DNA of 64,000 bases, taken from the NCBI RefSeq assembly GCF_009914755.1, contig NC_060930.1, one strand, 5' to 3'. The position numbers and the translations under genes were made by a program. A model generated the notes under the pieces. That model saw only the letters and a program-made list of their open reading frames with translations. It was not told the origin of the DNA and searched no databases. Source of the DNA: the human T2T-CHM13v2.0 reference genome, Homo sapiens. The number at the start of each line of letters is the position of its first letter. Position 1 is the first letter of the stretch. Below are positions 42,735 to 56,807 of this stretch, one piece after another.

Positions 42735-45700
42735 TTTTAAAGTTCTTCTCCTACCTTTACTGATGGCAACTGCTAACTAATTTTAGTCTTTCATTTTGAG
42801 ATAACATCTTTCAGAATTGTTGTGAGGTTAAAGGTTACATCTATATGTAGAGCCATTTCATAGTGCTTAATACATAGTCAATAAATAATAAATAATGCAT
42901 ATACTTCTCTAAATTGTAAACTTTAAGTAACACAGTTATAGGGAAATTAGCTATTTATTTTCCTGCTTTAATTAGAAGATTGAATTTGCCAATGCTCTGT
43001 TGCATATGAGGTAAGTTGTTGCAAATTCTTTTTAGAACCTTACAGACTCTACTTTCTAGTGTCCGTAAAAAAGCAAGTCGGTAAAATTGTGGAAGATAAC
43101 AAGAATTCATCTGTATGATAAAACTATAGAGTAATGGGTCTATTTTTCTTTGATGATTTATAGAAATAAAAATTGATCATTTAGAACCAAACTTTGTGTT
43201 TTAAGATCACAGCTACTCAATATCCCCCAAGTTGCAGATGACATTATTGTGTTAGATGGTAAACATGCACATAGCAAACTCGTTGCCTTAAAATAAGTGC
43301 TAAATCTTTTGCAAAATAAAATATTAGTGTTATTGATATAGGCCAACTACCTTCATCACCAAGATGCCTCTTTATCTCTTGGCTGCCTTTACTAAAGTGG
43401 TATTAGGTATTCAGAAGTGAAGTCCAGTGAAGCATTTTACTAAATCTATCATTGTAAAGCTAATTGGATGTTGCACATTAAGAAGAAATAGCCAGCACAG
43501 TGATGTAAGAAGGCTGTGGAATCAGAATCATACGTTTGTAAGAGACCTAGATAATTTCCAGTTCAATCACCTAGCCAGATCATAATATTCTACTTTAAAT
43601 ATCTGAATGTAGGGGAAATTCCATGTATTTAGTAAATAGATCATGTTCTAGTAACTGTAATTAACATAGCTCATTGGTTCAAAATACAGTCTCTAATATT
43701 TTTGCCTCCTTGTATTTGCTTTCCTAAATGTCATACCTGGATCCCTGACCACATCCCTTGTATTTTCTTATCTATGTTATATCTGAAAAATTTGGGCATT
43801 TGCTTAGTTAGTGCCTCGATACTTCTGAATTGCTGATCCATTCTACTTTTTCTCCACCCACCACCAACTATAAAATACCCTTTATTCAGCATGTTTTACA
43901 ATCATTGGTAAAATCATAAAAATTAAATGGGCCCAAAGAGAAGTCATATTGTTCTAGATGTGTGATTTTTATTCATGACACAGGAAGGAGAATAGCAGGG
44001 AGATTCTGAGCCAGTTCCCCTTCTCTGCCATGTACCATCCCGTTAGCAAGTTGAAAAATGGTCTTTGGAGCTGGCTACCACACTAGCTTCACCTGTTTAC
44101 TCACCCCTAATATCTAGGATTATCTCCAAAATTAGTGACAAGAACAGTAGAAATAGAACTATGGTCATCACATCTTTCTACTTTTTGAAACAATTCTAAG
44201 TTTGATCAAGACATAAGACAGATAACACTTATTTTTTAGGCTACTCAAGTCAGAAGGAAGGAGGAGGCCCCTTTATAACACCTGCCATAAATATTGTAGA
44301 ACCAGCAGTTTAAGAAAATTAGAGCCAATCTTCTTCAGCTCACCAGAACAGATACAAAGATGCTCCAGGAGCCTGATGCCTAGGCAAACACGCTACTGCA
44401 GGATACTATCACCATTTCATGTCCTTTCAGAAATTAAATAATAGATTTCTGATTGCCTGGATTATAAAACTGCTGTTTCATCAACAAGTTAAAACATTAA
44501 TCATATTCCAACTGGAAACAGGAGAAATCATTTTTATTCTAAGAATATTTTTATTCCAAGACAAATTTTGCCAAAATAAACAACATGTATTGGTGAGATT
44601 ATAGCCATTTTAAAACTCATATTGTTGAATAGAACACTTATACTTACTTAAATTAGATAACTCTGTGTTTGGCCATTCCAAAAACTAAATGAGCATCTGA
44701 ATCTCTAAAAAGAAACTTCTTTTTATCAAAAAAGAAATTTCTTGATAAAAATTGCTTTTCTATTTACTTAGGCCTCATTTACATTTTTACCAATAGGACA
44801 GAGGGTTTCTCTTTTGCCATGAGATTACAGTTTAGCAGTTACCACGATTTCAAAAGAAAACTGGTCCAACCTAGGGGAATAAAAAGATTTGGGTCAATAA
44901 GGGTAAATATAGTGATTAGCTGGTGTGCAGGAAAGATATAAACTCTATTGCCAAATTGTTTGTAGCCGCATTTATGTTCTGGTTGTAGGAGATGATTGAG
45001 CAAGAAAATAAAGAGTTGAAAGGAAAGAATAGGAAGTTGAGCCTAGCGAAGAACGCTGAGTAGAGAGAGAACCAACAGGGGCAGCAGAGGTCCTAACATG
45101 ATCCGACTCATCATGAACATCACAGTTCCTGTTCTTGCTCTTGCAGAACCCCCACATGCTCTTCTTTCTACCCCGATAGCCTCTCTTTCCCACTACTTTC
45201 CTCACCTGAGAAAATATCTAGCAAATTTATAATTTAAAGTTTTAGTTGCTCTCCTAAAGCCTTTTGCTAAGTGTACTAGAACCTTCCTGGGACATCATCT
45301 GATCTAATGGATACACCACTACTCTGCTCCAGCCCTTTTGCTTCCCATGTCAACAGGCCAGCCACTCTCTGAACATACGCAAAATCTGCAGGTCATCTCT
45401 AAACAACTGTATATTGGGATGTCATCCTAGTAGATTGTGCCAACCCACCTGGACAGCCTTGTTATATGAATAATTCTCTTTACTGACCTGTAAAAACATA
45501 AGAAAGAAATGGCCTTGCCTCTAAGATGCTTTGCTCTAATCAAAGATCTGAAACACACAATCCTGACATAGCTTGAAAAGAATTGTCTAGTATTATGTCA
45601 ACAAATGCACATTGTCCTGCAACATTGAGATAAAATAAGCACATCAGACATGTAAGAGTACACAGCAAAAAAAATGAAAACAACTAAAATATTTATTTTA

Positions 45701-46304
45701 AAAATTTGTTAAATAAGTTATGGCACGTCTATGTAATAGAATATTATGTAACCATAAAAAGTATGACAATGAAAAGTAACTATTGCTCTGGAAATATCTC
45801 TACATTATGCAAAGTGAAAAATTTGATGTCCAAAAAAAGAAATACACACTATAATTTTTGTTCAATAAATAATATTTACATGCATAATACATACATGAAG
45901 AAAATCTGGAAATATGCACAATAAAATAGTTACAGAGGTTATTTTTGGTGTGGATTTGTGGATTACTTTTATTTTCATCTTTAGGTTTTGCTGATATTTT
46001 TATCTTTATGTTTTTTGACATTTTTACAATTTGTCTATGAAAAAGAAAATAGAAATACATAAATAAATAGAAAATAAATAATTAAAAGACAGAAAATCAT
46101 TAAAGTTATTTTAAAATAAGCATTGCCAGAGAGTTAATGATAGATGGCTTCCTGAATGAAGAACCATGCGTCACTAAATCCTACAATGTTGTTTTTCAAG
46201 AGTTGATGACTGTGGTTTGGAAGAAGAGAGAGTGGAAAGTGTTTTAGATAGAGTGTCCTGAGATAAGGTAAAATACTAATTGAATATAAGGAAACGAAAG
46301 TTGA

Positions 46305-46684
<380 letters not shown>

Positions 46685-49640
46685 TCACTCCTCCAAGCTT
46701 CTGCACATGCTGTTTTCACTACCATGGAACATCTTCTGCTGATGAAGTACTCTTTCAAAATCAAGCTCCAGTAACTCTTCCTCCATTAAATTTCCTTTGA
46801 CTCAGGCTTTGGTTTTTGTCCCCACTGTGCCCTCTGCATGCCAGTATTGTTGAACAGAACACACTGTATTGCATCAACTGATTTTTAATTTGTTTAAGCC
46901 ATTTTCTAAGTAACAAGTTCCATGAGGGTAAAGGACTTATTTTTCTTGAACACAGTCTTGTCATATAGTAAATGTACCATACATGTTTGTGTGGAATTGG
47001 CTTGAATTGACTTTAATTGAACTGAAACCATTTTGGAGAAGATTGGTTAGCAGAGAGCCTGAAAAGTGGGGCTGAAGAGATAGGGTTGCTAGAATTCATA
47101 ATATAGAGGTGTTAAGCATATACCTCATTGGTATAGGAGGATGGTTCTTCTAGAAGCTGGATTAAAAATGTATTACCATTTTTCAACCGTGTTCTCCAGA
47201 GTTGGGAGTTGGCAGTTCTGGAAAGGCTGCTAATGGACAATGTTGGAAGGTGCCAAAAATGATCCATTTAACAATCTGCCAAAGGGTACACTTATTTTAT
47301 TTATTACAGTTTGTAGATTCCTGATAAAGACTGAACAGTGGGTTGAAGATCAATGTTAAAAATATATTCGACAAGTTACTTTCATATGATACAATTTCAA
47401 TCCTATGCCACAAGCCTTGATGACAATATATGTTGCATTTTTTGCAATGTTGTCACAGTAATTGTCTTATTTTGCCTGATAGCATATATTTTGCTTATTT
47501 TTAGAACATAATATAAACAGATTCGTATTTTAATGTTGACCTAATGAACAAAATATTTTTAAAATGGTAAGTATGGTTTTATCAGACCAAGTATTGTCTA
47601 CAGCTTGACCAAACTTTTAGATTTTTCTATTGAACAGTTATATTTGAAAATATATTTCATTAAGGCTTTTAGTCTTTTAAGATTATACTTTTGATTTAAT
47701 TCTATTCAAGGGAAAATAGTTATACCTGTAATCCCCTGCAAAGAGATGATTTTGTTTAAACTGGAGGCTTTTAATATAGAATTGCCAATGTTGATAAAGT
47801 TCAAAGTTAACCCAGTTCTTTTTCCTTTAATTGTGATTTTTAACATTCCTTTAGTGCTTTGTTGCACATGTTATGATAGTAGAAAAAATGTACTAGTTCA
47901 ATTATTTCACATACGACTTTTTATACTGTTCATCAACTTTACACACAGTCACTTTCCACTACTGGTACGAAGGTCACTGACATCACAGCCTATCCAACAA
48001 CTGATGACAACTGTGTAGGGAGCTACAAAAATGACTCAGAAATTCCTCTTTGTGGGAGAAAAAAGGCAGCTGTTTCTTGAACATTGTATCAGTTCTTAGC
48101 AACCATGACCTAGATGTCAATAAAATGGGAAAGTCTTTTCTCTCAGTGAAGGCTGATTTACTGTGATGGACCCACATTCAGTATTCAGTTTGAAGATGCA
48201 AAGCAATTTACTGTTTATTTAGTGTCTTTTCTCTAAGTAATTAAAATACATTTAATAACGCTTTTTCTATATTTTGGAATTATTTTGCATTCACCTTAAA
48301 AGAAAGAAAAATAAAATTAAAACTTTTTCATTAATGTGAATCTAGAAATAATTTCTGCTATGAGTAGAATAGCTTTTATTTATGACTTCACTTGTGGTAT
48401 TATCTGCTGAAAGAAAGAATGTAGCAGACAAATGCATATCACTATGGGAATGAATTTTAAGGAATAATAATAATTCTTGTCTCGCATTTCTCTACTAAAC
48501 TATAATTATGAGTTAAAGCACCAATTTGATCTATTTGGCATCTTCATAACCATTTTACCTATTACAAGCCCCCTTTCAACAATGGTATAGCCATCAGTGG
48601 ACATTCAGTATCTAGTATTCACTAGATTCTGGTGTATTACCCCCTATCATTCATTTACTGCCTTTCTCCTGGGGCTTTCAAAAGCAGTTAATCTTCATTC
48701 CATCCCTGTGAACCTCTTGCTAGATGGAGAAGCTGTGCTTGCACGGATTGAACCACAGAATTTTAAAGGCAAAAATATGTTACCCATTGGGAATCTTTGC
48801 TCCTTGCTCTGGAAATAGCAGTGGGATATATCTAATCTTGAGAGCCTCTTTTCTTTTCTTGCTAAGAAAAAAGTGGAGAGGAAAAGAAAACAGTAGACCA
48901 TCTTCAATATGGAATAATGAGGCTTCTTATCTTCCCCACCCAGTGGGTGTTTGTACCAAGGCAGCAGAGGCTGCAACAGGAGTGAAGCAGAGAAGCAAGA
49001 GTACAGAACATGGCTTTAGTTTTTGCAAAAGGGAGAAACATTTCAAATAATTAGATAGGGTCCTCCTTGAAGCCTTAAATCCATGTCATGCCATACAAAC
49101 CAAGAAAGAGTGAATGTGTTTTTTAGTGTAGTCCATTTCCAACAAGTGATGAAATATGTTAATGAGTAACCACAATAGCTGAAATATTAAATTAGTCTCA
49201 TGACTGCTTTGGAGGGTATTTCACTACCGTTCAGTTCATGCTGTGATACCTAGCTGACAACAATATGATACAGAGTTAGTAAGATAATAAACACATTCAT
49301 CATTCTCAGGCTCCATTGTGGCCCTTGGATAGAAGGTTTCATTTCTCTTGGGTAAATACCTAGGAGAAGAACAGATGGGCCATATGGTATCTATATGTTT
49401 AACTTTAAGAAACTGTCAAATTGTTTTCCAAAGTAATTTTCCTCATTTTACATTCCCACCAGCAGTGTACGATAGTTCCAGTTGCTCCATATACCAGCAC
49501 TCAGTATGTTCCGTCTTTAATTTTGGCAGTTCTGGCAGGTGTGTAATGGTGTATCATTATAGTTTGGATTTGTATGTCCCAAATGACTAATGATGTTTAG
49601 TATCTTCCATGTGCTCATTTGCCATTTTTATTTCTTCCTC

Positions 49641-49978
49641 TTTTTTTTTTTTTTTTTTTTTTGAGACAGGGTCTCACTCTACTGTTCAGGCTGGAGTGCA
49701 GCGGTGCGATCTCAGTTCACTGCAGCCTCAACTACCCACCCAGGATCAAGCGATTCTCCCACCTCAGCACCACCACCACCACCTCACCCACCCCGCCCCC
49801 CCAGTAGCTGGGACTACAGGCGTGCACCACCATGCTCAGCTAATTTTTTGTATTTTTTGTAGAGACAGGGTTGCACCATGTTCCCCAGTCTGGTCTCGAA
49901 CTTCTAGGCTCAAGCAATTCGCCTTGCCTCAGCCTTCCAGAATGCTGGGATTATAGGGGTGAGCCATGGCACCTGGCC
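49641..49978 (-). mobile_element. AluJ with internal (CAC)n/C-rich expansion
   Basis: Antisense Alu with extra caccaccaccacctcacccaccccgccccc. Confidence 0.88.
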
Positions 49979-50489
49979 TATTTCTTCTTTATTGGATTGT
50001 ATGTTCTTTTGCCTACTTTTTAATTAAGTTGTTTATTTTCTTATTATTGTGTTGAAAGCTCTTTATATACAGTATTCTGAGTACAGGTTCTTTATATGTT
50101 TGGATACAAGTCCTTTTTGAAGAAATTCACAAACTGATTCTAAAATTCATATGGAAATGCAATATCCCCAGAATAGCCAAAACAGCTTTGAAAAAGAACA
50201 GAGCTGGAGGATCAATGCCTCAACACTATCTGATTTCAAGCCTTATTATAAAGCTATAGTAATCAAGAAAATGTGGTAGCAGCCAGAAACAGAGTGACAC
50301 ATACACACCATACACAATTAATTTTTAACAAAGGTGCAAAGGCAATTCTTTGGAAAACAGGTAGACTTTTCGACAGAGTGCTGAAACAATTGGATCTACA
50401 AATGCAAAATATTAATTTCAACCCATATCTTGCACCACATACAAAAATAACCTCAAAATGGATCATAGACCTACACATAAAACAGAAAA

Positions 50490-50662
50490 CAAAGACTGGA
50501 GACATAATTTGTGGGTCCTAATGCAAAATGAAAATGCAGGTTCCCTTGTTCAAAAATTACTAAGAATTTCAAGAAGGCAAGAGCACTAACCCAAGCATAC
50601 AGCTCTTCTGAGTGCAGGACCCTGTGTGACTGCATAAGCTACACACCATGCAAGCAACCCTA
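50490..50662 (-). mobile_element. MER45A-like hAT-Tip100 element
   Basis: acataatttgtgggtcctaatgcaaaatgaaaatgcagg...aagaatttcaaga...ctgtgtgactgca. Confidence 0.7.
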
Positions 50663-50696
50663 CCTAAGAAATATAAAAATTCTAGAAGAAAACCTA

Positions 50697-51101
<405 letters not shown>

Positions 51102-54100
51102 TCAAAACTTCTGCTCTAAAAGAAGATTGTGAAGTAAATGAAAAGTCAGTCCACAGACTGAGAGATATTTGCCAAAAATGGTAATACATTGTAACATGGT
51201 TTGCCCACTTATGTGCCAACCACTGTTCTAAGAACTTTACTGAATTTCTTTTACAGAGACCATATATATAATATGTGTATCTCATAAACACCTTATGAAG
51301 TAAATGCAATTTTAATCATTCCAAATATGAAAGGTATAGGAATTTAAGAACCCAGCTGAATGATATAAAACTAATAAGCAAAGAGGCCAAAATTGGGGCT
51401 TAGGCTGTCTCACTTCAGAGTCCATGCTGTTTATATCTCCTAAGGTAAAAACAAATTCCACTTATTTCTCCCCATTTTTCTGTCTTTTAATCTAAGGGGG
51501 GCTTTCAAAAAGTCACTTCTTATTTAAACCAACTACCTTTAAAACTCCCCAAACAAGGCATTTTTGACAGCCACATCTGCCCAGCCATGTTCAACGTACA
51601 ACGTCCTCTTCCTACAAGCCTTTTCCAGGACCTAGCAAACTAAGGGGTTATCAGCATTTCCGGGACTAGTATCAGCAATCCAAGGGTAGCACAAGTAATT
51701 TTGTAACACTTAGTGCCTGATAAAGCAGCCTTGAGCTTGAATTGCCACATTGCCCAACTTACTCTTTGGGAGCAAGGGACAGTCCTGCTGCAGAGTACAT
51801 AGTGGTTTCTTATGCCCTCAAAGAATGCATGTGCCTCTTTCTGTGACGACAAATCTACAGAGTGACCAAGGCATTGGAACATTCACGTTTATCTGTGTAT
51901 GAGTACACTCACTGTTTCCCTGGAGGCTATGGAGAAACAAGTATCAAGTCCTAAAAAGGCACTGGGAATGAAGAGCACAATATGCTTCCATACCCTTGCT
52001 TCATGTAAACACAGGGTGACTATGACTTCTAAAGGCCTGGGTGTTGCAGTTCAGTGAGGGCCTGATTTAGTAGCTAGAATACATCTCAGGGAGGACAGCA
52101 GACCTCTTTGTCTGGAGGAAGGGTGTATCCATGACTCTGGTCATCACGGCTTTCTAGCAATTCTCCTATGAATGTTTCATTCTAGGTTCCTACTGAGGTA
52201 TATTTTGGGAGTCTCGAGCATTTCCATGACAAAAGGATTTGGGTTAGCCCATTTTACTTTTACAAGTGCAAGTGAAACACTTTGATGTAAAAGAGTCACC
52301 AACAGACTAAGTTACCTTCTCTGCACAGTAGAAATAACATAGCTTGTAAGGTTTATCCAAAATCTGAGTGATAATTGGGTAAACTGTTTTGAATTATCAG
52401 TGCCAGGAATCTTCCATGATTGCAGCTTTGATGTCATGTAAGTGTCTATGTCTAAGAATACAAAAACATACATTGCATAGCCCCTAGTACTCTCTGGTTT
52501 CATGGACCAAAACGTGCAGGATTGTATTCCTTATTCCCATAGTATATGGTAGCACTTTAATTTTTTAATGTCTTCATGCCTTCCAACCTTCAAAACAAGG
52601 AGCACAGTAACTGCCTCTGCCTACTCTGCTAGCAGGATTTACGGATCACATCTTTCCTGGGTATTCTTGATCTTGTGGCTGAGGTACATTCCTTTGAAAC
52701 CACCTCTTCCACCCCACCCCACACAGAGTAACTCAGTCTTTCTAACTTTAAGCCAGTCACACAGAGCATCTCCAACAAAACCTGAAACTTAGGCATTTGG
52801 CGCTTGTCACACCCAAGGCATGGCTTTCTGAGATTTAGCAAATTCCAAAAAGGTCGATATGATTCTTCCTTTGTGTTACGTATTCAAAACTTAAATTTTA
52901 ATTTTAATCGTTAGGATATGTAAAATGTTTAAATGTAAGTGTGTCCTGGGCATATTAGCATAGTTTTATTTTGCCAAACAGAGGAAAGTCTTGGGTTTTG
53001 AATTTGGAAGCAAATTTTAAACTCTAGGAAAGAGAAAGATCAATGGAACAAAACATCTGTACATATATCCATTTATTATTATCGTCTGTGCTCATATGAC
53101 TGGCTCCAAGATAATAGCTTACAACCAGTAGTGCTGGCTTCACCGACTTCCCATTTAAAATTACAACATTTTCTCTGTATTTGCATTAATTTAATGATGT
53201 ATATGACTATGCCTGTCTTTAGAAGAAAGCCCTTCTGAGTTTCATAATTCTGATTTTCTCGATTAATGTGTATGTAGACCATCTACGTATGCACATAAAT
53301 AAATGAGAATGGCACTTGTTTCCAAACAATTATTAGAAGCAGTAACATACAAGGATTAGGGGAGAGGAGGGTTATTGCATCTACCTGTGAAACCAGAATT
53401 AAATAGTTGCTCCTCATTTCATCAGGAGAAAGGAATGTGCTCTGGGGAATAGTGCGATAGTCATAAAGCACTGACATAGCTAAACAAAATATCTGCCTGG
53501 TGCAGGTATTTCAGTTCTGGGAATGGATGTAGAAAAAGTCCATATAGGGGTAGACAGGAAGAAATGAGGTCCATGTCTCTTTCTTTCAATTATCTATGAA
53601 AATGAAGACACCAATCCATGTCATGTACACGAATGAAGAAAATTCTTGGGTTAATTCATCTCCAAGCGTGTCTAAAGGTGGGAGGGTTTGTAGAGTGAAG
53701 GCACTCAAAATTCATTTCCCCATTGTCTGAGAATTTTTATGCACCTTTCTCATCTGAAGGGCTCAATTTTTTCTTGAAGGGTACACACAATGCTCCACCA
53801 AAGCTCATTGTGCAATTTTATTTTGAACCCTTGAAGGACAGCTTTTCTCTAAGAAATCTAACACAAAAACGCCCTTAATTAACAGGCTTTTTTTTGCAGG
53901 GTGGGGCCCAAGCGGGATCCCAGAGACTGGAAGTGTGAATTTTAATGCTTTGCTGTCAAAGGAGGCGACTCTGGACATTCTCATCACCTTATTTAAAGCG
54001 GGGTACGCTGACTAATACGTGAAGCTGTGCATTAATGGCCTAAATTAAGTTACAGGTATGAATTTTACATAAAACAGATTAATATTATATGTCATAATGG

Positions 54101-54719
54101 AATTTTAAATATTCCGTGTCCATGCATTTTTAATCTTTACGTGCTCTAATTGAATGCGCAAGGCAACTGCATTTCTTGAGCCCACTTTTGCATTTAGATG
54201 GGGTAAAAGAACCCCCCCCACGTTTTTGTTTTATTTATATTCCCTTCACCAAAAACCTGCATTCGATTCGGCATTCTTTTCCTTCTTTTTTTTTCTACTT
54301 TTGCTAAGCTTTAGCATTTTTTAAAAAGAAAACGGAAAGGCTACACATTCCATTCCATCATTATGGTTTCGGCAAATGTGAAAAGGCGAATAATGAAACG
54401 GAGGAGGGAAATATAGAACAGAATGAACGTGCCTTCTTGAACAGCGCGTCTTTCTTAAGGCACTGGAATCCCACAGATGGAGTGATGGGTGGCGGAGGGT
54501 CCCTGGGCGCCGTGCTATTAGGAATGGCAGGGTATCCGCGAGCAGGGCCCAGGCGCTCCCTCAGCAGCCTAGTCGGGATAAGGGGGGCGGTGGAGAGTGA
54601 ATTCCGGCCGCACATTCCCGCAGTTCTTCGCAGGAACTTCGCTCTCTCTTTTCCCCTCCCTTGGGCACACATCAGCCTGGCCCGACTCCCACTCAGCTCT
54701 CTTTTCTCAGAACCCCGAC

Positions 54720-55015
54720 CCACAGCGTTGACGGAATGGAGTGCCCTTCCCATTGGCCCGAGCGTCATTCCCCGAGGTGGCACTGCCCGCCTGATTGGCT
54801 GGCCACTCCAGACCCCCCGCCCACTCCTCCACTCGGGTAGCCGGACTCCCCGCCCCCCAGCACCGCCCGGAGCCCCCGCCCTCGCCTCTCCCTCCGCGCC
54901 CCCGCCCGCGCGCCCAGCGGGCTCCGCTCGGCTCGCGCTGCGACCCGGCCCGCGCGCTGGTCCCGCCCCCGGGGCGCACGGCTCTATAAATACAGCTGCG
55001 CGGCGGGCCGGGCGA
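54720..55015 (+). promoter_or_regulatory. ID4: ID4 proximal promoter
   Basis: TATAAATA 54985-54992, E-box CAGCTG 54993-54998, inverted CCAAT boxes (ATTGG 54752, 54794), half-CRE CGTCA 54763, multiple CCCGCCC GC boxes. Confidence 0.9.
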
Positions 55016-55398
55016 GAGCGTAGTGGAGGAGGCGCGGTTGTGAGTAGTACCGGGAGTGGGGTGATCCCGGGCTAGGGGAGCGCGGCGGCCGCGATCGGGC
55101 TTAGTCGGAGCTCCGAAGGGAGTGACTAGGACACCCGGGTGGGCTACTTTTCTTCCGGTGCTTTTGCTTTTTTTTTCCTTTGGGCTCGGGCTGAGTGTCG
55201 CCCACTGAGCAAAGATTCCCTCGTAAAACCCAGAGCGACCCTCCCGTCAATTGTTGGGCTCGGGAGTGTCGCGGTGCCCCGAGCGCGCCGGGCGCGGAGG
55301 CAAAGGGAGCGGAGCCGGCCGCGGACGGGGCCCGGAGCTTGCCTGCCTCCCTCGCTCGCCCCAGCGGGTTCGCTCGCGTAGAGCGCAGGGCGCGCGCG
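55015..55398 (+). other. ID4: ID4 5'UTR (TSS approximate)
   Basis: Start inferred ~30 nt downstream of TATAAATA (54985-54992); GC-rich leader. Confidence 0.75.
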
Positions 55399-55839
55399 AT
55401 GAAGGCGGTGAGCCCGGTGCGCCCCTCGGGCCGCAAGGCGCCGTCGGGCTGCGGCGGCGGGGAGCTGGCGCTGCGCTGCCTGGCCGAGCACGGCCACAGC
55501 CTGGGTGGCTCCGCAGCCGCGGCGGCGGCGGCGGCGGCAGCGCGCTGTAAGGCGGCCGAGGCGGCGGCCGACGAGCCGGCGCTGTGCCTGCAGTGCGATA
55601 TGAACGACTGCTATAGCCGCCTGCGGAGGCTGGTGCCCACCATCCCGCCCAACAAGAAAGTCAGCAAAGTGGAGATCCTGCAGCACGTTATCGACTACAT
55701 CCTGGACCTGCAGCTGGCGCTGGAGACGCACCCGGCCCTGCTGAGGCAGCCACCACCGCCCGCGCCGCCACACCACCCGGCCGGGACCTGTCCAGCCGCG
55801 CCGCCGCGGACCCCGCTCACTGCGCTCAACACCGACCCG
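55399..55839 (+). CDS. ID4: Inhibitor of DNA binding 4, coding exon 1 (codons 1-147)
   Basis: ATG at 55399 gives [38 protein letters not shown](A)10R...[42 protein letters not shown]. This is an ID-type HLH domain lacking a basic region, followed by a Pro-rich tract and the D-box RTPLTALN. Donor CCG|GTGAGA at 55839/55840. Confidence 0.99.
55513..55542 (+). repeat. ID4: GCN polyalanine-coding repeat (10 Ala, (GCG)6 core)
   Basis: gca gcc (gcg)6 gca gcg. Confidence 0.95.
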
Positions 55840-56227
55840 GTGAGAGGCCGGGCGCCGGCCGTGGGCGGACGCCGCGGGGGATGGGAGGTTGGTGGCGTGG
55901 TGGCGGGACGCGGGCGCTCACCGTCCTCCGGGCAGGGGCGGGCCAGGAATGACAGCCCCCTCCCCCTGCTCCTCCGGGCTCCCCCGGGCCGCCAGCAGCC
56001 GGCCGGGCTCGGCGAGCGCGGGTCCGGGAGAACGCGCAGGGCGGGACTCGGGGCTGTGGGCGCCCTGGGCTGTCAAGTCCCGCCTGAGCCCGGAGGGGCC
56101 CCCCCGGCTACAGGCTGGGGTGGGGGCGTCGGCGCGCCAGCCTGATTTCCGAGGACAATCCAGGACCGTGTCGAGCGCGTTGTTTGCGCCTGCTAACCTT
56201 TCCCTTGGTGTTCGGTTGCTGTTCCAG

Positions 56228-56272
56228 GCCGGCGCGGTGAACAAGCAGGGCGACAGCATTCTGTGCCGCTGA
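56228..56272 (+). CDS. ID4: ID4 coding exon 2 (AGAVNKQGDSILCR-stop); exon continues to 56286
   Basis: Acceptor ctgttccag|GCC in phase 0; 147+14 = 161 aa, the known ID4 length; donor CAG|GTGAGC at 56286/56287. Confidence 0.98.
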   Translation, partial: AGAVNKQGDSILCR

Positions 56273-56790
56273 GCCGCGCTGTCCAGGTGAGCGCGCATTT
56301 CCCGTCTCGGGTGGCCGGTCACCAGAGACGCCCGTCCCCGAGGGCTTCCGGGGCCAGGCACCGCGGTGTTCTTTGCCCCCAGCGTTTCTGAGAGCAAACT
56401 CCCAAGGAAGTAAATCCCCTCTCTCCCTGCCACCTAAGTAGCAAGTAAACCCGTACTTAGCCTTAGAACTCGAGGTTCAGTCTCGGTGGAGACGGGTCAG
56501 CCCTTGTCCCCGCCGTCCCCGTGTTTTTTCTGGTGGTCAGCGGGCTCTTCTGCCTTCCCTAGTTCCCGAGGGAGGGCACCCTCGTGGGCATGGGAGCTGC
56601 CCCGGTGTCCTCCCGTGCAGTCTGTCACCCACAAAGGGGGACGCGGGCAGGGCGCCGGAGTGGGTCCCCTCTCCGGGCTTCCCGAGGGCCGCAGCTGCCT
56701 GCTCGGCGCCTGGCCCGGCCGCGGGCGGGTGTTGTCTGACCTGGTGGTTTGTTTTGGGTTGTTGATCAAGCATGTCTTGAGTTTGGTCGG

Positions 56791-56807
56791 TGGCGCCAGT
56801 TAGTCTG
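56791..56807 (+). promoter_or_regulatory. Bipartite BMP response element (Smad1/5 + Smad4) in ID4 intron 2
   Basis: TGGCGCC-agtta-GTCTG, exact GGCGCC-N5-GTCT spacing. Confidence 0.75.

Noticed and set aside
54361-55075. 140-212 aa ORFs across the ID4 promoter
   Set aside because: Low-complexity Pro/Arg/Ala products typical of stop-poor CpG island DNA.
55144-55776. 210-aa antisense ORF over ID4 exon 1
   Set aside because: Expected shadow of a GC-rich coding frame; no recognisable domain.
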